A stretch of DNA of 64,000 nucleotides from NCBI RefSeq assembly GCF_039541115.1, contig NZ_BAABFP010000005.1, positions 620,001 to 684,000 on the forward strand. Reading direction: 5' to 3'. Of the stretch, positions 1 to 7,764 are shown piece by piece (positions within the stretch are counted from its first letter, which is position 1; each line of letters starts with the position of its first letter). Made by a program: the position numbers and the translations under genes. The stretch is from Angustibacter luteus (GTDB taxonomy: Bacteria > Actinomycetota > Actinomycetes > Actinomycetales > Angustibacteraceae). The notes under the pieces were generated by a model that worked only from the letters and a program-made list of their open reading frames with translations, was not told where the DNA came from and did not search any database.

Positions 1-379
1 GGAACTCGGCCTCGAGCCGGCTGTACCGCGCCATCGCCTTGTCGCGGGTGTCGTCGTCCGCGCTGGCCATCCGGCCCTCGGTCTCGCGCAGGTCGCGGAT
101 GACGACGTCCATCCCGCGGGCGGACAGGATCCGGTCACGGGCCAGCACGTCGAGGTCGCCGGTGCGCGGGTCCTGCGGCAGGTACCCGACGTCACCGGAG
201 CTGGTGACCGTGCCGGCGGCAGGCTGACCCTCACCGGCCAGGATCTTCGTCAGCGTGGTCTTGCCGGCACCGTTGCGGCCGACCAGGCCGACCCGGTCGC
301 CGTCCGCGACCCGGAACGTGGCTGACTCGAGCAGCACGCGGGCGCCGGCGCGCACCTCGAGTGCGGTGGCGGTGATCAC
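1..379 (-). CDS. ABC-F family ATP-binding protein, N-terminal part (runs off the window)
   Basis: Hand translation from GTG at 379: MITATALEVRAGARVLLESATFRVADGDRVGLVGRNGAGKTTLTKILAG, containing the Walker A motif in ABC-F context. Confidence 0.8.
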   Translation of the reverse strand, partial: MITATALEVRAGARVLLESATFRVADGDRVGLVGRNGAGKTTLTKILAGEGQPAAGTVTSSGDVGYLPQDPRTGDLDVLARDRILSARGMDVVIRDLRETEGRMASADDDTRDKAMARYSRLEAEF

Positions 380-494
380 GTTGGGGCCTCTCACGCAGGG
401 GGTCGGGTCGGACGGCAGCCTTCGTCGTCGCCCAGGGCGTGCGGCCGAACTCGCGGTCAGTCTACGCGAGCGTCAGGATGCACCCGGAGGTCAC

Positions 495-1367
495 ATGAGT
501 TTCAACGAGAACGCAGGGCTGGACACCAGCCAGGTCAGCTCCGGTGGTGGTCGCGGCAAGATGGTCATCGGCGGCGGGGCGGGTCTGGTGATCCTCGTGC
601 TGGGGTTGGTCTTCGGGGTCGACACCAGCGGCCTGCTCGGGTCGTCCGACCCGTCGGAGCCGTCGGGCGCCAGCACGATCGGGGCCAGGTGCCGCACCGG
701 CGCGGACGCCAACCGCGACGTCGAGTGCCGGGTGGTCGGGACCGTGAACAGCGTGCAGGCCTTCTGGGCACAGGCGCTGCCGACGTACGGCACGGAGTAC
801 TCCCCCGCCCAGACCGTGCTGTACTCCGGCCAGACCGCCTCGGCCTGCGGCACGGCGTCAAACGCCGTCGGGCCGTTCTACTGCCCGACCGACAAGCAGG
901 TGTACATCGACGCGAGCTTCTTCGACGAGCTGACGAGCCGCTACGGCGCGGACGACGGGGCGCTGGCCCAGGAGTACGTGGTCGCGCACGAGTACGGCCA
1001 CCACATCCAGGACGAGCTCGGCCTCCTCGGCGCTGCGCAGAACGACCGGCAGGGCGCTGACTCGGGCTCCGTCCGGGTCGAGCTGATGGCGGACTGCCTG
1101 GCCGGGGTGTGGGCGCACGGCGCAAGCACGACGACGGACCGTGCGGGCCGCACCCTGCTCAAGCCGCTCACCGCGCAGGACATCGACTCCGCGCTCTCCG
1201 CCGCCGCGGCCGTCGGGGACGACCGGATCCAGCAGAAGGCGCAGGGCCGGGTGGACCCGGAGTCGTGGACCCACGGGTCCGCGGCGCAGCGTCAGACGTG
1301 GTTCACCACGGGCTACCGGACGGGGAACCTCAAGGCCTGCAACACGCTGGACGCCGCCACCCTCTGA
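495..1367 (+). CDS. Neutral zinc metallopeptidase (YpfJ/KPN_02809-like), membrane anchored
   Basis: GGAGG SD before ATG 495; N-terminal TM segment; GPFYCP, AHEYGHH (HExxH), ELMADC and WTHGS motifs. Confidence 0.88.
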   Translation: MSFNENAGLDTSQVSSGGGRGKMVIGGGAGLVILVLGLVFGVDTSGLLGSSDPSEPSGASTIGARCRTGADANRDVECRVVGTVNSVQAFWAQALPTYGTEYSPAQTVLYSGQTASACGTASNAVGPFYCPTDKQVYIDASFFDELTSRYGADDGALAQEYVVAHEYGHHIQDELGLLGAAQNDRQGADSGSVRVELMADCLAGVWAHGASTTTDRAGRTLLKPLTAQDIDSALSAAAAVGDDRIQQKAQGRVDPESWTHGSAAQRQTWFTTGYRTGNLKACNTLDAATL

Positions 1368-1394
1368 CCCGTTCGAAATACCTCCCGCGCGGAT

Positions 1395-1426
1395 GTATCA
1401 CCGGGGTCCGCGCCCGCTCTGTCTGG
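1395..1426 (+). promoter_or_regulatory. Putative ECF sigma promoter GTATCA-N15-GCTCTGTCTGG upstream of the small ORF and S8 peptidase
   Basis: Identical bipartite motif with identical spacing lies at 6984-7015 (- strand) upstream of the sigma gene. Confidence 0.72.
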
Positions 1427-1477
1427 TCGTGACGGCAGGACGCCGTCGCGTACGTCTCCGACGGAGGGGAGCGATCG

Positions 1478-1654
1478 ATGGTGCAGAGCGAGCGCGTGGC
1501 GCGAGCCCGCAGGGCCAACGTGGCACGAGCCCGAGCGCGCATCATCATCGCCAGGCGACGTGCGCGGGCCGAGGGGGCGGGGTACCAACCGCCACCCGGT
1601 GGACCGAGGTGGTCCTGGGATCCGGAGCCGTCGCAGTCCGGAAACACTGGCTGA
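1478..1654 (+). CDS. Small unannotated 58-aa Arg-rich peptide MVQSERVARARRANVARARARIIIARRRARAEGAGYQPPPGGPRWSWDPEPSQSGNTG
   Basis: SD GGAGGGG at 1463-1469, ATG at 1478, TGA at 1652-1654; lies between the putative ECF promoter and a strong hairpin; not in the supplied ORF track. Confidence 0.55.
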   Translation: MVQSERVARARRANVARARARIIIARRRARAEGAGYQPPPGGPRWSWDPEPSQSGNTG

Positions 1655-1656
1655 GA

Positions 1657-1693
1657 CGTGGGGGTCGGGAGCAGACTGCTCCCGACCCCCACG
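1657..1693 (+). terminator. Perfect 18-bp inverted repeat (terminator, attenuator or mRNA-stabilising hairpin)
   Basis: CGTGGGGGTCGGGAGCAG-a-CTGCTCCCGACCCCCACG, starting 2 nt after the small-ORF stop; no U-tract. Confidence 0.65.
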
Positions 1694-1767
1694 ACGCATG
1701 TCCTGAGGTGGTCAAGCCCGCCCACCGCAGGTGAGCAGACCCGAGACGACGTCGACGAAGGACGGTC

Positions 1768-3003
1768 ATGAACGAGTCCGAGTACTGGAAGAACCGGCGC
1801 AAGCAGGCACTGGCCAGGGCGCTCGCGCGCGGTCCCGAAGGGGGCGGTGTGTCGCAGGTCGACGCCGACGAGGGCTACCTCTACCGACCCGGTCAGCTGC
1901 TGTTGGGTCGTGGCGCGGTCGACGAGCTCCGGAGCGAGACGCAGTCCTCGCGCGTGCGCCCCGTCGAGTCCCTGAACGCTCGCTTCGAGGACCGCGGCGT
2001 CGACCTGCAGGCCTGGTCCATCCCGAGCGATGTACGGCTCACCGCACTGCAACGCACGCTCGCACCTCGAGCAGAGGCGGTCGGCTCGCACGTCGCCCTG
2101 AACCACGTGTTCGCCGGCGAGTGGGTCTACCAGGGCGGTCCGGCCACCGAACCGCACCTGGCGCCGGAGCTGCCGGCGCCCGGTCGGATCGACCTGACGT
2201 CATCCGAGCCGGTTCTCGCCGTGCTCGACACCGGCGTCACCGATCCGGCGCACCCCTACTTCGCCGACGCGCTGCTGGACGAGATGGCGGACGACGTGGA
2301 CGTCCTGGACGAGGACCACAACCGGTACCTGGACACCGAGGCCGGTCACGGGACATTCATCTGCGGCTTGGCCCAGCGCGTCGCTCCTGGGCTGGCGCTC
2401 GAGCAGCGCAAGGTGCTGACTCCCAACGGGTTCGGCGACGACCTGAGCGTCGCCCTCGGTGTCGCCGAGACGACCGCGCCGGTCATCAACCTGTCGCTGG
2501 GCGGGTACACCCGGGACAACCGACGTCCGCGGGCGCTCCGCGCGGCACTGGCGGCACTTGACCCCTCGCGGGTCGTCGTTGCCGCAGCCGGCAACAACGG
2601 CCACAGCCGGCGGTTCTGGCCGGCGGCCTTCCACGAGGTCATCGCCGTGGCCGCCTACGACAGTGCGAACGGCCGAACTGCCGACTTCAGCAACTACGGC
2701 CCGTGGGTCGATGTCTGCGCGCCCGGCGTGTCCCTGCACAGCTCCTTCGTTGACGGGCGCCGTGGCGACGCCAGCGACGATCCGACGTTCTCCGGCTGGG
2801 CCGCGTGGAGCGGGACGTCGTTCGCCGCACCCCTGGTGGCCGCAGAGATCGCTCGTCGGGTGGCGGCGGCGTCGGGCAGGAGCGCCCAGGAGGTCGCCGA
2901 CGAGTTCCTCGGCGAGCTCGGGGACCTGCCGGACGACGGCTACGGGCGGCGGTACGAGCCCGAGACGAACGTGCGCTTGGCTGACGTGTCGTCTGGGGTC
3001 TAG
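1768..3003 (+). CDS. S8 subtilase-family serine peptidase, no signal peptide
   Basis: Catalytic motifs VLDTG, GHGTF, AAGN and SGTSFAAP all intact; charged N-terminus. Confidence 0.92.
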   Translation: MNESEYWKNRRKQALARALARGPEGGGVSQVDADEGYLYRPGQLLLGRGAVDELRSETQSSRVRPVESLNARFEDRGVDLQAWSIPSDVRLTALQRTLAPRAEAVGSHVALNHVFAGEWVYQGGPATEPHLAPELPAPGRIDLTSSEPVLAVLDTGVTDPAHPYFADALLDEMADDVDVLDEDHNRYLDTEAGHGTFICGLAQRVAPGLALEQRKVLTPNGFGDDLSVALGVAETTAPVINLSLGGYTRDNRRPRALRAALAALDPSRVVVAAAGNNGHSRRFWPAAFHEVIAVAAYDSANGRTADFSNYGPWVDVCAPGVSLHSSFVDGRRGDASDDPTFSGWAAWSGTSFAAPLVAAEIARRVAAASGRSAQEVADEFLGELGDLPDDGYGRRYEPETNVRLADVSSGV

Positions 3004-3004
3004 C

Positions 3005-5755
3005 TCAGCAGCCGTAGAGGTCGAACCCGGCCGTGGTGGCGTATCCGGCCGGGGAATCGAGGTCGAGGGTGCGGCGCGCCGCGAGGAGCGCCGCACCCGC
3101 GTCGAGTCCTGCCGCGAGGTTGCGGTGCAAGGCGTCCATCAGCACCGCCGTCTCCTGGTCAGGTGTCGGCAGCGTCGTCGCGATCACCCCGGCAGACCCC
3201 ATGGTCAGCAGCGCGTGCGCGACCCCGAGCAGCTGGTTCCCGGGCAGCACCGCGGCTGCGGCCGAGTGGCAGGCGGCCAGGACGACGAGCTCCGGCGGCC
3301 GCGCCAGGCCCTCGAGGTCGTAGACGGTGAGGTCGCCGTCGGCCAGCCGCAGGGAGGAGAGCAGCGGGTTGTCGGAGCGGAAGGTGCCGTGGGCGGCGAT
3401 GTGCGCCACCGAGGCGCCGTCCAACAGCTCGAGCGTGCGGGCGACCGTCGCTGCGTCGCCGAACTCGACGGTCGCGTAGCGCGCCCGGTGCTCCGGCAGG
3501 GTTGGCGCCAGCGTGACACCGGGACCGGTCACGAACACCTCGGGTCGGTCGACGCTCTTCGGCGCTCGCATCGACCTGTTGGCCCGCGCTGCGAGCCACG
3601 CCGTCCCAGAGCGGACCAGGTGCACCGGGATATCGGTCAGGCTCGGCAGCAGCCCCCAGGGAACCGCGTGCAGCGCCTCGGTAGGTGCGATCACCAGCCC
3701 GGGCACGTCCTGCGGCGACCCCAGCTGAAGCGCAGCGCGAACGGGCTCGACCAGCACATCGTCGAGGTGGGACGCCGCAGCCTTGGCTCCGGCCAGCGCA
3801 GCCGCAAGGGAGGCCTGGCTGCCGCGTCCGGTGGCGAGCCTGGCCAGCGCGAACTGCAGGTGCTCCAGTCCGTCCTCCACGTCGCTGACCAGACCCAGGT
3901 CGAAGACACGAACCCGCGCTGCTCCGGAGCCGGCGACCGTCAGGGCGTGCAGTCCGCCGTCCGAGACCACGTACTCCACGAAGCCCCGCCCGGCCAGGCC
4001 GGCGGCCAGCTCCACGGCCGCCGCCGGCGGCAGCGGCGGGCTCCACGCGCCAGGCTCGGTGCGCCGGCTCAGCCGCACGACGTCGCGCTCCCGGGCCGCG
4101 AGGGTGGCAGCAGCGGCACGGTCACCGGACGCGCCCACTGCTGCCTCCTGCGCCTCGGTCGAGGCCCGACGCAGTCGCTCGATCGCCAGCGACAGCTCGG
4201 GATCACGCGGGGGCCGGACCGGTCGGGACCGCAGGTCCTGCCCACGCCAGCGCTCGACCTCACGGAGCAACCGGTCGGCCGAGCCGCTCTCCAGTGCGAC
4301 CCTGATGCCCACCCGCGCGAGGTCCTGCGCGATCGCGGGCACGTGCGCTTGGAGGTCACTGGCGCCCAACCCTGCTCGGTGGCGGGACAGCACCGTCATG
4401 CCGGCCCGGACCGCGCTGGCGGCGCCCTGGACGTCACCACGGCGCTGGCGCAGCAGTGCCGCCGCGTGCCAGTAGCGGATACGCGTCACGGACGACGCGC
4501 CTCCCGAGGCGGCGGACGCTTCGGCCAGCAGGTCACCCGCCACGTCGTGCCGTCCCGCGGCCGAGGCCATGCGCGCGGCGGCCAGTCGGGCCTCGATGGC
4601 GGCGTCCGCCCAGCGGGCGTCGTCCAGCGCGGTGACCAGGCCACGGGCACGTCGGACCAGCCCGGTGTCACCACCGTCGTCCTCCAGCGCCAGCAGCTCG
4701 AGCAGTCGGGCCTGGAGCACCCAGCCCGCTCGCCGCTGCTTCCCGGCGAGCTCGCGCGCCGACCGGGCGTAGTCGGCGGAGCTGGCGGCGTCGTGGTCCA
4801 ACAAGGTGATCCGCGCCAGGAGCGCTTCGCACTCCATCAGGTCCGCGCCCAGCTGCGCCTGCGCCAGCGCTACGTGGGCTCTCTCGGCCAGCTCACGGGC
4901 TTCGCCGACCACCCCGCAGGAGAGCATCAACGACGCCCGGTCAAGCAGGCGCAGCCCGACGATGTACCCGTGCCGATCGCAGATGGGATCGGCCTCGTCG
5001 AAGCGCTCGAGCGCGAGCACGACGTCACCACGCTCTCGGGCCAGACAGCCCAGGTTCCAGGTGATCGCTGCCGCGTCCATCTCGCGTCCGCCGGCCAGGT
5101 GCAGGTCGCGGGCCCGAACCAGATCGACCTCGGCCGCGGACAGCTCCCCCTGGAAGGCGTGCAGGATGCCCCGGTTGCACCGCGCCCTGGACTCCCAGAC
5201 GTCGTCCCGCGCCTTCTGCAGCACCGGAACGGCGTCGTCGTAGATGTCCAACGCGTCCCCGAAGCGCCCGCAACGCTGCAAGATCAAGGCTCGCTGTGCC
5301 TGCAGTCGTGCCTGCGCCACTCCCTGCAGCACGTCAGCCGCCGTCGCGGACTGGCGCAGCGCCTGTGAGGTCTTGCCCAGGTCCAGCAGCACGAACGACC
5401 GGGTCATCCGGGCCTCGGCGGCGCTCTGCAGGTCGCCGGCCTGGGTGGCCGAGCGGACCGCGCGCAGCAACGCGTCCTCCGCGGTGGCGAGGTCGCCCTT
5501 GGCCCGGGCGCCCAGCCCGAGCGCCCGCCAGGCCAGCGTCCGCGCGGCGGCGTCCGGACGGCCCCGGGCCACCGCCAGCGCCCGCTCGGCCCGCGCGATC
5601 GCCGCGGAAGGATCGGTGCCGACGAGCTCCATGGCCTCGGCCGCGAGCCGAGCAGCGTCCGAGACCACGACCGGGAGGTCGGTGCCCGGGCGCGACGGCG
5701 CGACCGCCTGCTTCGGGACGGTCATCGTGGGCGCTGGCTCAGTCTGGGTCACCAC
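3005..5755 (-). CDS. TPR-repeat protein with C-terminal CHAT (caspase-like) protease domain
   Basis: Ala/Leu-rich helical TPR-like N-terminus; LVIAPTEALHAVPWGLL, HIAAHG and VVLAACHS motifs, so the His/Cys dyad is intact. Confidence 0.9.
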   Translation of the reverse strand: MVTQTEPAPTMTVPKQAVAPSRPGTDLPVVVSDAARLAAEAMELVGTDPSAAIARAERALAVARGRPDAAARTLAWRALGLGARAKGDLATAEDALLRAVRSATQAGDLQSAAEARMTRSFVLLDLGKTSQALRQSATAADVLQGVAQARLQAQRALILQRCGRFGDALDIYDDAVPVLQKARDDVWESRARCNRGILHAFQGELSAAEVDLVRARDLHLAGGREMDAAAITWNLGCLARERGDVVLALERFDEADPICDRHGYIVGLRLLDRASLMLSCGVVGEARELAERAHVALAQAQLGADLMECEALLARITLLDHDAASSADYARSARELAGKQRRAGWVLQARLLELLALEDDGGDTGLVRRARGLVTALDDARWADAAIEARLAAARMASAAGRHDVAGDLLAEASAASGGASSVTRIRYWHAAALLRQRRGDVQGAASAVRAGMTVLSRHRAGLGASDLQAHVPAIAQDLARVGIRVALESGSADRLLREVERWRGQDLRSRPVRPPRDPELSLAIERLRRASTEAQEAAVGASGDRAAAATLAARERDVVRLSRRTEPGAWSPPLPPAAAVELAAGLAGRGFVEYVVSDGGLHALTVAGSGAARVRVFDLGLVSDVEDGLEHLQFALARLATGRGSQASLAAALAGAKAAASHLDDVLVEPVRAALQLGSPQDVPGLVIAPTEALHAVPWGLLPSLTDIPVHLVRSGTAWLAARANRSMRAPKSVDRPEVFVTGPGVTLAPTLPEHRARYATVEFGDAATVARTLELLDGASVAHIAAHGTFRSDNPLLSSLRLADGDLTVYDLEGLARPPELVVLAACHSAAAAVLPGNQLLGVAHALLTMGSAGVIATTLPTPDQETAVLMDALHRNLAAGLDAGAALLAARRTLDLDSPAGYATTAGFDLYGC

Positions 5756-5779
5756 GAGCAGTCTCCTACACGGAGAAGC

Positions 5780-6229
5780 TCACAAGGAAACCCATTCGGT
5801 ACGAAGTCGGCGGCCGTCGGCGGTCGTGAGCCGCAGGCTGAGCGTCCGCGCGCTCACCTCGGCCCGGAACCGACCCATCGAGTCGACGGCGATGGGCTCG
5901 ACGCCGGCCAGGGTGTGCACGAACATCTCGCGGACCGCGCCGGTGACCTGCCCGACGAGTGCCCAGCCGTGCCGCTCGCGCCGGGAGCCGAGGTCGATCT
6001 CCAGCCCCTCCAGGGCGAAGGACAGCCAGTTGTCGGAGTCGCCGCGCACCAGCGTGGTGGCCATGGACTCCACGAGCGGGATCAGCTCGGCGTCCAGGTC
6101 GCGCAGGATGAACGCCGCGCGGGCCGCCTCGCTGACCACCTCGGGCACGGGGTCGAGCTGGTCGTACATCGCAGCCAGCTCGGTGAGCAGCCGCTCGTCC
6201 GGGTCCGGGGGCGTGATGATGGGCATCAT
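5780..6229 (-). CDS. Hypothetical 149-aa protein, candidate soluble anti-sigma factor or CHAT substrate
   Basis: ATGA overlap with the sigma stop; GGAGGGG SD; helical N-terminus (DPVP..AARAAF..RDLDAEL), beta-rich C-terminus; function inferred from position. Confidence 0.75.
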   Translation of the reverse strand: MMPIITPPDPDERLLTELAAMYDQLDPVPEVVSEAARAAFILRDLDAELIPLVESMATTLVRGDSDNWLSFALEGLEIDLGSRRERHGWALVGQVTGAVREMFVHTLAGVEPIAVDSMGRFRAEVSARTLSLRLTTADGRRLRTEWVSL

Positions 6230-6888
6230 CTGTCCCCTCCCTTCGTGTCGTCGTCGCCGTCGTTGGGGTTGAACCCCATGTCCAGCAACACGTCCTTGAG
6301 TCGTTGCAGGCAGCGCCCCCGGGTGGGGCCGATACTGCCGATGGGCATGCCGAACGCCTCGGACACCGCTTCGTACCGCGGTGGCGGCGAGGCCGACAGC
6401 ACCCGGAGCAGGCGCTGGCAGCGGTCGTCCAGCTCTCGCACGGCGCGCAACAGGGTGGCGTCCCGCTCGCTGCTGAGCAGGGACTCCTCCACGCCGATGC
6501 CGTCGTCCGGCATGGTCTCGAGCATGTCGTCGGCCCCGTCGCGCCGTTCGCGCTGGCGCCGGGTGACGATGCGCAGGGACTCACGCCTGGAGGTCGTGGC
6601 GAGCCAGGCGCCGAGGCGCTCGGGCTCCTGGATGGCACCGAGGTGCTCGACGAGGCGCAACCAGGTGGTCTGCACCGCGTCGCCGCAGTCGGCCGTGTTG
6701 AGCCGGTGCGAGCGAGCCACCGACCAGACCAACCGCTCGTAGCGCCGGACGATCTCGTCCCACGCCGACTGGGCGCCGTTCGCGGCGCGCGCGAGCAGGT
6801 CCGCGACGCTGGCGTCGCCGACCGGAACGTTCGTCGCGGCCGACGGCTGCGACGTCGCGTTACCACCCGACGCGATACCGGCGCTCAC
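6226..6888 (-). CDS. ECF RNA polymerase sigma factor
   Basis: Region 2 (AWDEIVRRYERLV, DAVQTTWLRL, GAWLATTSRRE) and region 4 (YEAVSEAFGMPIGSIGPTRGRCLQRL); GTG 6888 chosen as start after GGAG. Confidence 0.9.
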   Translation of the reverse strand: MSAGIASGGNATSQPSAATNVPVGDASVADLLARAANGAQSAWDEIVRRYERLVWSVARSHRLNTADCGDAVQTTWLRLVEHLGAIQEPERLGAWLATTSRRESLRIVTRRQRERRDGADDMLETMPDDGIGVEESLLSSERDATLLRAVRELDDRCQRLLRVLSASPPPRYEAVSEAFGMPIGSIGPTRGRCLQRLKDVLLDMGFNPNDGDDDTKGGDR

Positions 6889-6983
6889 GGAACTCTCCCC
6901 AGGACGGCGGACTGCCCATTCTGGTCGCCCAGCGACCAGCGCGACAAGCCCGCCGTCCCCACACGCGAAATGCGCCCTCATGT

Positions 6984-7015
6984 CCAGACAGAGCAGAACG
7001 GGGGCATCCTGATAC
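6984..7015 (-). promoter_or_regulatory. Putative autoregulatory ECF promoter GTATCA-N15-GCTCTGTCTGG
   Basis: Minus strand reads GTATCA ggatgcccccgttct GCTCTGTCTGG, matching the 1395-1426 site. Confidence 0.72.
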
Positions 7016-7144
7016 GTGATGGTGAAACTTCTTCCCGGCTGCTCACCAGCTGGACCGCCGCGAACGGGCGTAATCATCAAGCGCTAGCCTCCCCCTGCCG
7101 GGGGCGGCCGACGACGTCCGTCCCGCGTCCGACGAGAGGCTGAC

Positions 7145-7744
7145 ATGTCCGCACCCCGCTCATCCGCCCGCGATCTCGCCCTCATCGCCTCGTTCGCCGC
7201 CCTCATCGCGGTGCTCGGGCTGCCCGGGTCGATCAGCCTGTTCGGCAACGCCGTGCCGATCACGCTGCAGACGCTGGGCGTGATGCTGGCGGGCTCGATC
7301 CTCGGGTGGCGGCGCGGGTTCCTCGCGGTCCTGGTCTTCCTCGTGCTGGTCGCCGCCGGCCTGCCCCTGCTGGCCGGCGGGCGGGGTGGCCTCGCGGTGT
7401 TCACCGGCCCTAGCGCCGGCTACCTGATCGGCTGGCCGATCGGCGCCGCCGTGATCGGCTGGCTGGTCGAGCGCAAGCTGCCCGCCTACCCCGTCTGGTG
7501 GGGGTTCACCGCCAACATCATCGGCGGCATCGGCGTGATCTACCTGATCGGCATCCCCGTGCAGGCCGAGGTGCTGGGCACCAAGACGGTCGTGGCGACC
7601 GCGATCAGCGCGCTCGTCTACCTCCCGGGCGACCTCGCGAAGGCGGTCATCGCCACCTTCGTCGCGGCTGGCGTCCACCGCGGCTACCCGAACGTGCTGC
7701 CCGCACCCCACCGCGAGCGTGAGGTCGCCGAGTCGGCGCACTGA
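7145..7744 (+). CDS. bioY: Biotin transporter S component BioY
   Basis: VPITLQTLGV, GLPLLAGGRGG and GPSAGYLIGW motifs; multiple TM segments. Confidence 0.92.
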   Translation: MSAPRSSARDLALIASFAALIAVLGLPGSISLFGNAVPITLQTLGVMLAGSILGWRRGFLAVLVFLVLVAAGLPLLAGGRGGLAVFTGPSAGYLIGWPIGAAVIGWLVERKLPAYPVWWGFTANIIGGIGVIYLIGIPVQAEVLGTKTVVATAISALVYLPGDLAKAVIATFVAAGVHRGYPNVLPAPHREREVAESAH

Positions 7745-7764
7745 CGCGCTGGGACGGCGAAGCC

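Noticed and set aside
495..1367. Zinc metallopeptidase as a third protease of the sigma/CHAT/S8 system
   Set aside because: It lies upstream of the shared promoter motif, I saw no such motif in front of it, and it is a common membrane-anchored family; adjacency alone is not enough
2459..5368. 969-aa + strand ORF overlapping S8 and CHAT, and similar long antisense ORFs (27749-30133, 44106-46163, 52378-54708, 55649-57403)
   Set aside because: Shadow ORFs typical of high-GC DNA; they lie opposite or out of frame with genes that have clear family motifs and show none of their own
7021..7144. BioQ operator (TGAAC-N3-GTTCA) upstream of bioY
   Set aside because: No such palindrome found in this interval
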